Shown here: one piece after another, positions 1-8,850 of the stretch
How the letters are laid out: each line of letters begins with the position of its first letter
Position numbering within the stretch: position 1 is the stretch's first letter
Assembly (NCBI GenBank): GCA_964403365.1
Contig: CAYOFM010000001.1
Location: forward strand, 1-25,653
DNA length: 25,653 bases
Source: an uncultured Candidatus Saccharibacteria bacterium
Lineage (GTDB): Bacteria > Patescibacteriota > Minisyncoccia > Minisyncoccales > CG1-02-41-26
Direction: 5' to 3'
Made by a program: the position numbers and the translations under genes
The notes under the pieces: model-generated
What the model was told of the DNA's origin: nothing
What the model saw: only the letters and a program-made list of their open reading frames with translations
Databases searched by the model: none

Positions 1-1
1 T

Positions 2-3000
2 AAGTTTATACTGCGTGATACGGCTATTAGGAAATTGGCAGAGATTAACGAGTATGAGCATAACGGAGAAATGCATAAGTTTACCAATAAGGATATTGCA
101 GATGCAGTGGATGAACTAAATAATATACCATTTGAGGGGTTAATTGATACATCTCGTAAGATTTATTCGATGATTATGCCAACCTCTGGCGGGAAAACAA
201 TTAAAGTTTCTCATAATAGTAAAAATGTTTCTAAGAGCTTACGTTTTATTGATTTTAATAATCCTAAAAATAATGATTTTGCTGTTACTGTTGAGTTTGA
301 AGCTATGGGTAAGAAAGGTATTCGTCCTGATATTGTAGTTTTTGTTAATGGTATTCCTTTTGCTGTGATAGAGAATAAGAAAGCGTCTGAATCAATAGAA
401 AAAGCTTTAAGCCAGCTAAATAGAAACCAAGGGGCTGATTACTGCCCAAAGCTATTTGTTTATCCGCAACTTTTAGTTGGGGCTAATAAAGAAGAATTGA
501 AATATGGTACAACAGGTACATTAAACAAGTTTTATGCTAACTGGAGAGAAAGGGGAGTGGATGAAGTAAAATTAAAAAATAAAGCTAAAAAGATTATTAG
601 TAAACCAATCAACGAAAAAACTTATTATCAAATTTTAAGTGATTTAAACGGAGCTACTTTTGGACATAAACAGCAAACCAGTCGCACACCAACCCCGCAG
701 GATTTATCAGTGATGGCTATATTTGAAAAAACTAGGTTACTTGATTTAGCTAAGAATCATATTTTATACGATGCTGGTATTAAGAAGATAATGCGTTATC
801 AGCAGTATTTTGCTATCCAAAAAATACTGAAACGAGTTGATCAAAAAGAAGAAACAAAAAAAGGAGTAAAGAGAAAAGGTGGTATAGTTTGGCATACACA
901 AGGGTCTGGCAAGTCTTTGACTATGGTAATGTTTGTAAAAGCTTTGATCGAGAATCCAGACATTATCAATCCAAGAGTACTAGTAGTAACTGATAGAAGG
1001 GATTTAGATAGGCAGATTAAAAAAACTTTTATAAACAGTGGGCTTAAAAAAGATACTATCCAAGTAAAAAGCGGGGAGCATTTATTGAGCTTAATCCGCA
1101 AAAATGATTTACGCGTTGTAACTACATTAATAGATAAGTTTCATTCAGCTAGCAAAAAGAAAACTGTTTTTGAAGATTTAGATGAGAACATCTTTGTTTT
1201 AATTGACGAAGCTCATCGTGGCCAACATGGGATGGCTAATTTAGAAATGAACAAAATGATTCCGAATGCTTGCTATATCGCTTTCACAGGTACGCCATTA
1301 CTTAAAAAAGACAAATCTAGGCAAAAGTTCGGCTCTTTTATTGATAAATATACTATTGATGATGCCTTAGATGATAAAATTATACTACCTTTAATTTACG
1401 AAGGTCGTTATGTTGATTTAAAACAAGACAAAAAGGAAATAAACAGGCAATTTGATAGATTAACAGATGGATTAGGTAAAAAATTGAAAGATCAATTATC
1501 AATTAACACAGAGAAGAACATTATTAAGAATAACCCACATAGAATTTTTGAGATTGCTTTTGATATTGAAAAACATTATTCAAAAATCTTTTCAGGGACT
1601 GGGCTAAAGGCACAGATTGTGGCTCCTTCAAAGTTTTCTGCTATGCTTTTTCAAAAGTATTTTGCAGAAAATAGCAAAATTAATACAGCTTTGGTTATTT
1701 CTGATGAGAATGGAATTATTGATGATAAAAATGAACACAGAAAAGAAGTTGAAGGATACCTAAGAGATATTAAAGAAAAATATAGAAGCTTACTTTCTTA
1801 TGAGAAAGATGTTATTAATAGCTTTGTGTATAATGATGATGGGGTAGAGATTTTGATTGTGGTGGATAAGCTTTTGACTGGTTTTGATGCCCCTAGAAAT
1901 ACAGTATTGTATTTAGCTAAAGAATTAAGAGATCATAACCTATTACAAGCTATTGCCAGAGTTAATAGATTGCATAATAACAAGGTTTTACCAAAAACTA
2001 GTGGGTATATTATTGATTACTCTGAAAATGCACAGAACATAAAGACAGCAATGCAGTTGTTTGGTAATTATGACGAAGAAGATGTAGAGGGAGCTTTGAT
2101 TAATGTACAAGATAAGGTCGATGAGCTGGAAGCTGGTTATAGCGAGCTACATGAAATTTTCAAAACCGTTAAAGGAGATGACGAAGCATATATCCAACAG
2201 TTATCAGACGAACCATTACGTAAAGAATTTTATGATGCTTTAAATAAGTTTATAAAAAGTTTTAATGAATGTATGGTTTTGCAAGGTTTTGTACATGAGT
2301 TTAATCATCTTGATGTTTATAGAAAAGAGTTAAAGAAGTTTATGGAACTTAGAAAGATTGCTAGCGTGCGTTATGCTGAAAGAGTTGATTTTAGCCAGTA
2401 CAAGCAAGCATTGATTAAAATAATGGATAATAATATAAAAGCAGAAGAAGCCGAGCTTTTGACTAAACAAATTACTATTACAGATAAGAAAGCTTTTGAT
2501 CAAGTGATTGAAGAAATGGGGTCAGACGCATCTAAAGCAGAGGCAATCGCAGCCCAAACCGACAGAATCATAACTGAAAAACAAGAAGCAGACCCTGTAT
2601 TTTACAGAAGATTTTCTGATAAAATAAGTGGTATTTTACAGAAAATGAGAGATAAAAAAATGGCTGATATTGAGGCATTAAAACAGTTAAAACTAATTGA
2701 CGATGAAATGAATAGTAAAAAAGATGATGAAATACCAGCTAAGATAAAAAAAGAGAAAGGAGCAGATATTTTTTATCGTAATTTACAGGATGATTTCATA
2801 CTGCATGATGTAGGTGATGAAAAGTTTGAAGAGATAATTTTGGAAATGTTTTTTGTATTAAAAAAAGAAGCGATTGTTGATTGGTACAGAAACAATGAAG
2901 TCAAACGAGTAATTTATAATAAGTTAGATGATTATCTTTACGATAATATAATCAAAGGAAAAGGTATAAAACTTACAAAAGAAGAGGCGAAAAGTATTAT

Positions 3001-3046
3001 TGACAAAACTATCAAGCTAGCAACAGAAAACTATTCAATTATATAA
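2..3046 (+). CDS. hsdR: Type I restriction endonuclease subunit R, 5'-truncated by the window edge
   Basis: Frame is open from base 2 (KFILRDTAIRKLAEIN), so the TTG at 35 is not the true start. Nuclease motif RPDIVVFVNGIPFAVIENK; SF2 motifs HTQGSGKS, LIDEAHR, FTGTP, LLTGFDAP, QAIARVNR. Confidence 0.96.
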   Translation, partial: KFILRDTAIRKLAEINEYEHNGEMHKFTNKDIADAVDELNNIPFEGLIDTSRKIYSMIMPTSGGKTIKVSHNSKNVSKSLRFIDFNNPKNNDFAVTVEFEAMGKKGIRPDIVVFVNGIPFAVIENKKASESIEKALSQLNRNQGADYCPKLFVYPQLLVGANKEELKYGTTGTLNKFYANWRERGVDEVKLKNKAKKIISKPINEKTYYQILSDLNGATFGHKQQTSRTPTPQDLSVMAIFEKTRLLDLAKNHILYDAGIKKIMRYQQYFAIQKILKRVDQKEETKKGVKRKGGIVWHTQGSGKSLTMVMFVKALIENPDIINPRVLVVTDRRDLDRQIKKTFINSGLKKDTIQVKSGEHLLSLIRKNDLRVVTTLIDKFHSASKKKTVFEDLDENIFVLIDEAHRGQHGMANLEMNKMIPNACYIAFTGTPLLKKDKSRQKFGSFIDKYTIDDALDDKIILPLIYEGRYVDLKQDKKEINRQFDRLTDGLGKKLKDQLSINTEKNIIKNNPHRIFEIAFDIEKHYSKIFSGTGLKAQIVAPSKFSAMLFQKYFAENSKINTALVISDENGIIDDKNEHRKEVEGYLRDIKEKYRSLLSYEKDVINSFVYNDDGVEILIVVDKLLTGFDAPRNTVLYLAKELRDHNLLQAIARVNRLHNNKVLPKTSGYIIDYSENAQNIKTAMQLFGNYDEEDVEGALINVQDKVDELEAGYSELHEIFKTVKGDDEAYIQQLSDEPLRKEFYDALNKFIKSFNECMVLQGFVHEFNHLDVYRKELKKFMELRKIASVRYAERVDFSQYKQALIKIMDNNIKAEEAELLTKQITITDKKAFDQVIEEMGSDASKAEAIAAQTDRIITEKQEADPVFYRRFSDKISGILQKMRDKKMADIEALKQLKLIDDEMNSKKDDEIPAKIKKEKGADIFYRNLQDDFILHDVGDEKFEEIILEMFFVLKKEAIVDWYRNNEVKRVIYNKLDDYLYDNIIKGKGIKLTKEEAKSIIDKTIKLATENYSII

Positions 3047-3054
3047 TCATATCT

Positions 3055-3759
3055 ATGGAGGAACAAACTTTTACTTATGGAAAGTATTCTTACCAATACT
3101 TTCTACTTAGAGAGCAACGTAAAACAGTGAGCTTGATTGTTCATCCGAATCTTAAGATAGTATTGAAGTGCCCAGCTATTTACAGCGAGAAAAAGATACA
3201 AAAGTTTCTTAAAGGCAAATGGCGTTGGCTAGAGAACCAGATTAAATATTTTAAGAAGTATCAAAAACAGATATTAACTAAAGAGTATATCTCTGGCGAA
3301 AGTTTTTTGTATCTAGGCAGACAGTATAAACTGGTTGTTAAAAAGGGAAAAGATGATAAGATAAGCTTGAAGCACGGTAGGCTGTTATTATCCACAACTA
3401 AGAATGTGGCTAATAAAAAACATAATAAAAAGATGTTACAGGATTGGTATTACCAAAGAACAGAAAAGATCTTTAAAGAGGAGTACGAAAAAATGTTAAA
3501 ATATTTTAAATATGATTTTCAGCCGAAACTAATTACTAGGGAGATGAAGAAAAGATGGGGTAGTTTTTTAAATCATAAAAAGATAATTCTTAATCCTAAA
3601 TTAATCCAAGCACCGAAAGAATGCATTGATTATGTTATTACCCACGAGCTGTGCCATATGAAGTATAAAAATCACGATGCGAAATTTTATAGGGCTTTAA
3701 AAAAAAGAATTCCTAACTGGAAAGAAATTAAAGAAAAGTTAGAGTTAAGATTTTTGTAA
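3055..3759 (+). CDS. YgjP-like / M48 (SprT-like, DUF45) zinc metalloprotein
   Basis: KRWGS and DYVITHELCH (HExxH) motifs; this family commonly follows hsdR. Confidence 0.9.
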   Translation: MEEQTFTYGKYSYQYFLLREQRKTVSLIVHPNLKIVLKCPAIYSEKKIQKFLKGKWRWLENQIKYFKKYQKQILTKEYISGESFLYLGRQYKLVVKKGKDDKISLKHGRLLLSTTKNVANKKHNKKMLQDWYYQRTEKIFKEEYEKMLKYFKYDFQPKLITREMKKRWGSFLNHKKIILNPKLIQAPKECIDYVITHELCHMKYKNHDAKFYRALKKRIPNWKEIKEKLELRFL

Positions 3760-3768
3760 GGAATGTAA

Positions 3769-3804
3769 AGTTTGTATGCATTACGAAAAAGATGTATACA
3801 AACT
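3769..3804. repeat. 13-bp inverted repeat with 10-nt spacer
   Basis: AGTTTGTATGCAT-TACGAAAAAG-ATGTATACAAACT, one G.T mismatch. Confidence 0.6.
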
Positions 3805-3839
3805 ATGCAAATAGAAATAAGTAAAAATATATAAAATTT

Positions 3840-4820
3840 ATGGAGGATTTTGAGGGAGGTTTGGGGGAGAAAATAAAGAAAGCTGATTATCTGATGACGC
3901 AGAAAAGATATTCAGAGGCGATTTTTGAGTTGAAAAAAGCACTTGATATCTTTTCTGAACAAGATTATTTATATTATCTTTTGGGTATAGCCCGTATGAA
4001 ATGTGGTAGATTTTTCCTAGCTAAACAAGCTTTGGAAAAAGCAAACATGTTGTCACCAAAACACTCTGAAAATTTAAGGTCGCTGGGCTGGGCAAAAGTA
4101 ATGCTTAGTGAGTTTGAAGAGGCAAGAAAAGATTTAAGAGAGGCCATAAGCCTAGATATGACAAATACTTTAGCTTACTTGGATTTAGCTATGAGTTATT
4201 TTAATTGCCTCGATTTTAAACAGGGTTTTGAGTGGCTAGAAAGGGCAAAAGCATTAGATCCACAAGATCAGTTTGTTTTGGAAAATTATAGAATTGCTAA
4301 AGAAACGGAGAAAGAGACACTAAGTTATCCTAAAGCAAAGTTAGCTGAATTAAAAAAGAGGCGCTTAGATCCAAAATTTCAAAAAGAAATGCGCTTAGCT
4401 ATGTTGGAAGAGTTTTTGCAAAAAGGTATTACATCTAAAGATGAAGCCGATGAGATTGTAGAAGAATTGAAATTAAATGGACTTTCAGCTGGGGCTACCC
4501 TACTTAAGGATGGCGATGCCAGTGAGGAGGAAATTAAAATTGCTAACGAGTATATTAAAATGCACAACGAGGTAGAGAATCTTGAGATAAAATTAACCAA
4601 AGAGGAAGAAAATGAAATAGGCGAAAGATTATTTTCTGACAAAGCGTCTTTATCAGAAACAAAAAAATGCATTTTACGTTTGGCACATCAAGGTACAGAA
4701 CAGTCCTTAGAACTTTTAAAAGATTTTGAAAAAAGCCATTCGGGTCAATTAAAAATTTGGGCTGAAATGGCAACACAAGAGTGCCAATCTTTTTTAGAAG
4801 TAGAGAAAGATAGGGGTTAG
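3840..4820 (+). CDS. Tetratricopeptide-repeat protein with a helical C-terminal domain
   Basis: About 4 TPR-like units (YYLLGIARMKCGRFFLAKQALEKA, LRSLGWAKVMLSEFEEARKDLREAISLD, AYLDLAMSYF...LERAKALDP). Confidence 0.85.
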   Translation: MEDFEGGLGEKIKKADYLMTQKRYSEAIFELKKALDIFSEQDYLYYLLGIARMKCGRFFLAKQALEKANMLSPKHSENLRSLGWAKVMLSEFEEARKDLREAISLDMTNTLAYLDLAMSYFNCLDFKQGFEWLERAKALDPQDQFVLENYRIAKETEKETLSYPKAKLAELKKRRLDPKFQKEMRLAMLEEFLQKGITSKDEADEIVEELKLNGLSAGATLLKDGDASEEEIKIANEYIKMHNEVENLEIKLTKEEENEIGERLFSDKASLSETKKCILRLAHQGTEQSLELLKDFEKSHSGQLKIWAEMATQECQSFLEVEKDRG

Positions 4821-4841
4821 CTCTGATTGATTTAAAAATTG
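4816..4841 (+). repeat. Direct repeat copy 1 (26 bp, 19-bp perfect core)
   Basis: GTTAGCTCTGATTGATTTAAAAATTG; overlaps the TPR gene TAG stop. Confidence 0.9.
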
Positions 4842-4865
4842 AAAGATAAATCAAAAAATAAAATT

Positions 4866-5327
4866 ATGGATGAAAAAAGATTAAAAGAATTTATTGTTCG
4901 AGCTAAGCAAAATACTTATGCCTCCAGCGGGGAAGGAGGGGAGTTGGTTTTAGCCGATGGATCAAAAGAGCTAGTGTTTGAAGATGGTGCCTTGAGATAC
5001 AGAGATAGGTATTTTGGCTCGCGTAATTTTGCGGGGCAAGAAGTTATTTTTGAGAATAAAAAAGCAATTTGGGGGATGAACTATTATGGCCAGATGGTTG
5101 CCAGTACTATTTACACAAAGCGGGTTTATAAATTTTTACAAAAAGCTTTAAAAATGGTTTCAATAAAAGAGCTGTTTCGCGGGCCAGCTGAGTTTTTTGA
5201 GGGTGATTTACGATATGTTAATGCTTCAGAGGGAGAATTAGCATCTTTTACAGGATTTGAAATGATTTATTACAAAGGGAAGCAAGTTTATCAATTATAC
5301 TATCACGGCGGGTTTATTAAAAAATAA
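4866..5327 (+). CDS. DUF5680-like protein
   Basis: FIVRAKQNTYA...YRDRYFG...FAGQEVIF...WGMNYYG...FRGP pattern; ATG at 4866 preferred over the TTG at 4839. Confidence 0.75.
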   Translation: MDEKRLKEFIVRAKQNTYASSGEGGELVLADGSKELVFEDGALRYRDRYFGSRNFAGQEVIFENKKAIWGMNYYGQMVASTIYTKRVYKFLQKALKMVSIKELFRGPAEFFEGDLRYVNASEGELASFTGFEMIYYKGKQVYQLYYHGGFIKK

Positions 5328-5328
5328 G

Positions 5329-5865
5329 ATGAAAAAAGTAATTTTAATAACAAGTAATCAGAATAAGTTGAGGGAATTTGAAAAAATTCTAGGTTTTAAA
5401 ATAAGGAACATAAGTTTGGATCTGGATGAAATCCAGGCAGTGAATGTGGAAGATGTAATTGAGCATAAAACAAAACAGGCATTTGAGAGAGTAGGGGAGC
5501 CAGTACTTTGCGAAGATACAGGATTATACTTTGATGCTTGGGGTGGCTTGCCTGGCGCTTTAATTAAGTGGTTTGATAAAACCATTGGTTATAATAATTT
5601 GTGTGGGTTATTGCAGGAAAACAGAAAAGCAAGAGCTGAGACAGTAATTAGCTATTTTAACGGGACAGACTACCTTAGTTTCAAGGGGGAGACTTTGGGT
5701 AGTATTAGTCTATCTCCGATGGGCACCACTAACTTTGGTTGGGATCCTATTTTTATCCCAGACGGTTTTAGTAAAACCTTTGCCCAAATGACGGCAGAAG
5801 AAAAGAACAAAATATCAATGAGAAAAATTGCCTTGAAAAAATTCAGAGATTTTTATATAAAATAA
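5329..5865 (+). CDS. HAM1/RdgB-family non-canonical purine NTP pyrophosphatase (ITPase-like)
   Basis: TSNQNKLRE, EDTGL...GLPG, FGWDPIF, KNKISMR (SHR motif variant). Confidence 0.93.
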   Translation: MKKVILITSNQNKLREFEKILGFKIRNISLDLDEIQAVNVEDVIEHKTKQAFERVGEPVLCEDTGLYFDAWGGLPGALIKWFDKTIGYNNLCGLLQENRKARAETVISYFNGTDYLSFKGETLGSISLSPMGTTNFGWDPIFIPDGFSKTFAQMTAEEKNKISMRKIALKKFRDFYIK

Positions 5866-5888
5866 GAGTTATTTAAAATAAATTTATT

Positions 5889-6275
5889 ATGAAGGAGAGT
5901 GTTAATACGATTATTCAAAATTCGGCGGGTAAGTATTTACTACAAATGAGAGATGGAACAGAGGGTATTTGCCATCCATTACAATGGAATTTTTTTGGTG
6001 GTGGTATGAAAAATAGTAAACCATTAGGAGAGGTAGCTAGAGAATTAAAAGAGGAATTAGGAATAGAAAGCAATGCAGAGGACTTTGATTTAGTAGGCGA
6101 TATCGCAGTGGGAGACTCTAAAGTGTATATTGTGAAGTATAAAAAAGAAGTAAATTGGCGTGATTTTGAGCTTTTTGAAGGTGCTGGAGTTGGGTATTTT
6201 ACCAAACAGGAGATGTTAAAAATTAACATCACAGAAAACACCAAATCAATTATTGAAAAATATTTAGGAAGATAA
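5889..6275 (+). CDS. Nudix hydrolase
   Basis: YLLQMRD...WNFFGGG...ARELKEELGI (Nudix box, first Glu absent). Confidence 0.85.
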   Translation: MKESVNTIIQNSAGKYLLQMRDGTEGICHPLQWNFFGGGMKNSKPLGEVARELKEELGIESNAEDFDLVGDIAVGDSKVYIVKYKKEVNWRDFELFEGAGVGYFTKQEMLKINITENTKSIIEKYLGR

Positions 6276-6277
6276 TA

Positions 6278-6303
6278 GTTAGCTCTGATTGATTTAGAAG
6301 TTG
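6278..6303 (+). repeat. Direct repeat copy 2
   Basis: GTTAGCTCTGATTGATTTAGAAGTTG; 24/26 identical to 4816-4841. Confidence 0.9.
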
Positions 6304-6321
6304 GGAGGTTTGGAAAATAGT

Positions 6322-6356
6322 ACAGCCCAGGGTATCCATGTGATACTCTGGGCTGT
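6322..6356. terminator. Hairpin between convergent genes, probable intrinsic terminator
   Basis: ACAGCCCAG-G-GTATC-CATGT-GATAC-T-CTGGGCTGT; short T-tract (ACTATTTT) on the - strand. Confidence 0.65.
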
Positions 6357-6380
6357 TTAGTTGGGAGGTGTTGGGGTGTG

Positions 6381-6782
6381 TTAGACCCTGACAGTCTCCG
6401 GTTTGGGATTTTGCGAGGGGGCCGATATCTTGACTGATTTTTCCAGAATATCGACCATTTTGGCTATGATTGTTGTGACGGCGATGTCATGCAGTAGCGT
6501 GAGGCCGTCAGCATGCTTATTAAGCCACGTACCACAGTGTACTATATACAATGAGGTACCAGGTAGACTATTTCCCCAGCCTTTGCCTTGCGCAGCAATT
6601 CGCCCCAGCGTTTCATGTCTGAGGTGTGCTACTTTCGCATAGACAGTTGGAGCAATCTGCTGATACAGATCTTGAGCATCTATATGCAGTCCTTGCTCAT
6701 CAAGGGCGGAAGGATGAATATCAATACTACTGATAACATCCTCTGCAATGCGACGGACAAGGGACTTCTTCTTTTTTCCCAT
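6381..6782 (-). CDS. Hypothetical protein (133 aa), no family recognised
   Basis: AGGAGG 8 nt before the ATG, upstream sigma70-like promoter, downstream hairpin. Confidence 0.8.
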   Translation of the reverse strand: MGKKKKSLVRRIAEDVISSIDIHPSALDEQGLHIDAQDLYQQIAPTVYAKVAHLRHETLGRIAAQGKGWGNSLPGTSLYIVHCGTWLNKHADGLTLLHDIAVTTIIAKMVDILEKSVKISAPSQNPKPETVRV

Positions 6783-6835
6783 TGTTGAACCCTCCTATGT
6801 TGCGATTCGGTATTACCTACAAACACAATGATGAT

Positions 6836-6864
6836 ACCTTAACATACTAGTTAATATCTGTCAA
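6836..6864 (-). promoter_or_regulatory. Sigma70-type promoter for the 6381-6782 ORF
   Basis: TTGACA-17 nt-TAAGGT with TG-n extension. Confidence 0.7.
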
Positions 6865-6992
6865 GTTTTTTTGGTGTTGCAGTTCGGAGCAGAATGTACC
6901 CCCAAACAAGAAAGGAGGGGATGTTTAGAAAACATGCAGTCAGTTTTGTTTATTAATCTTAAACGATCTAAAAAAGTAAGGAGCTTCAGAAA

Positions 6993-8028
6993 ATGAGAAT
7001 TTTGATCGTACCAATGGTGTTGTTGATATCTGTGTTTCTAACATGAGACAAATCCAGAAATCGAAAAAGTCATCACTTCTGCCCTTAATGCAACCTACAC
7101 TGCCCTAATCAGTGGCGATATGCAAAAACTCCAAAGAGATTTAGAGGGATTGTATGGCGACGAGGCATTAGCTTTGCAGGCGTTTAATCGTCCAAAGGGT
7201 ATAAGGGCAACATCAGACTTGCGCGGTTTTACTTACGAAGAAGTCAGTGCTGATTTCACTTTCCATTATAGTGATAGTGAGATTGCAGAAGAAAACGCTG
7301 TAATAGTAATGACCGAGGATAACAAAGAAAAGTCCTCCATTAATGGAGAATCAGTGATTTCTTTAGAACAGATCAAACACCAATTCATTCTTGAAAAGCG
7401 TGATGGCAGATGGCTTATCGTTGGAGACCTTTTTCTTAATGGCCAGCAACCTGAAATTTCAGATGGCAAGGCAGTACCTCCTATTAAGGGAGAGATAGAC
7501 GATAGTCAAGTAGAGAATATGGCTCCGGCTGGCAATCCAATGATGTATAATAGGAGTCGTGCAGTGTCATATGCTCGACAATGGGCGTATTCCCATAACT
7601 GGCGTTATCGTAGGCAGCCATTGGACTGTACTAATTTTATTTCTCAATGTCTTAAGGCAGGTAACTGGTTTTATGTGGGGTGGGGGCATCCAGGTTCGCG
7701 TGCTAATCTTAATCAATGGTGGTATACTTGGTTCACACAAACTTATACATGGGTTAATGCTAATGATTGGTCAATATTTACGCTAAGACGGCCTCGTGGT
7801 GTTCGTATTCCATTTGCAAGGAATTTGAAACTTGGAGATATCGTCCAGATTGACTATACACGAAATGGCGTAATGAACCATTCACTGATAGTCACTAAAA
7901 AGGTTGGGAATGAAGTCTATGTATCAGCCCATACACAAGCAAGATTAGACAAAAAGTTGGCTGACATAGAAAGAAGTTATTCAAGCGCCACTTTTCATTA
8001 TGTGAGCATATTTGACGCCTTTTATTAA
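6993..8028 (+). pseudogene. Secreted putative amidase (Amidase_6-like) with a frameshift just after the signal peptide
   Basis: AGGAG then ATG at 6993 gives MRILIVPMVLLISVFLT*. The +1 frame continues HETNPEIEKVITSALNATY into ORF 7120-8028, which has YNRSRAVSYARQWA...DCTNFISQCL...GDIVQID...HSLIV...AHT. Confidence 0.7.
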
Positions 8029-8052
8029 GGCATAAGCAAAATGTTCATTTTC

Positions 8053-8099
8053 TATTGGGTATGTTGTATCAGATTTTATCTAATGCAACATACCCAATA
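8053..8099. terminator. Long hairpin after the amidase gene
   Basis: TATTGGGTATGTTG / CAACATACCCAATA perfect 14-bp stem, extending to about 22 bp with a TTT loop. Confidence 0.55.
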
Positions 8100-8145
8100 T
8101 TTCATTAAAAAACTATAAATTAAGAAATTTTTTTAGAAAATTACT

Positions 8146-8700
8146 ATGAAAATTATTACAAAAAAAATAACCCTCTCTTTATTGGGTATAACGATAATTT
8201 TAGTTATCACGAGCTTGGTTATAATCAATTTAAAGTTTGACAATCCGTTGTGCCTTGATAATTTAGATATTCGTTGTAAGATCAAGAACGACTATATGGT
8301 AAAACATATACAGAAGGCAAATTTTGGCGGACAAGTGTTTTGTGCTCATACAGTAATGGGCAGTGATCAAGCTGGAGAAGTAATTACAGAGTATTTATGG
8401 GCGTTCTGCAGTGAATATATTGTAGAAAATGATGAATTAAAACAAGAATCAGGCTCAAGACCACCAGTTGTACTTACAATTGAAAGCATAAAAAACAGCT
8501 ATCTCGTTTTCAAGCATGAGCTTCCTGGAGATGGGAGCATGTACATGGAAGATATAAAAAGAATGTTCTCAAAGTATATCCTTGAACGTAAACTATTTTT
8601 TGTACCTTCTATTTTTGATCGTGCAGATAGCCGTAAAATTATTAGTAGATTAATCAACGAATCAAAAAGAAAGGCACAAATTCACTTTGGTTTAGAATAG
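8146..8700 (+). CDS. Hypothetical membrane-anchored extracytoplasmic protein
   Basis: N-terminal hydrophobic segment ITLSLLGITIILVITSLVIINL; 4 Cys in the soluble part. Confidence 0.75.
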   Translation: MKIITKKITLSLLGITIILVITSLVIINLKFDNPLCLDNLDIRCKIKNDYMVKHIQKANFGGQVFCAHTVMGSDQAGEVITEYLWAFCSEYIVENDELKQESGSRPPVVLTIESIKNSYLVFKHELPGDGSMYMEDIKRMFSKYILERKLFFVPSIFDRADSRKIISRLINESKRKAQIHFGLE

Positions 8701-8850
8701 TTATTAGCAATGAACATAAAAAAAATGCTTAATGTTTGAAAGGATTGAGTTAATCAAACAAAATAAAAACCCTTATTTCATTTACGGATTTGAAACAGGG
8801 GCAAATCAGAGAATTGGTTCTCATGATAACATAGAGATAGATTTAAAATT

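Noticed and set aside
4816-6303. Direct repeats as integron attC sites (they begin GTTAG)
   Set aside because: No upstream RYYYAAC inverse core or attC-type hairpin, and no integrase in view.
6921-6996. Short leader ORFs upstream of the amidase (MFRKHAVSFVY*, MQSVLFINLKRSKKVRSFRK*)
   Set aside because: Too short to support, with poor SD spacing; possibly remnants.
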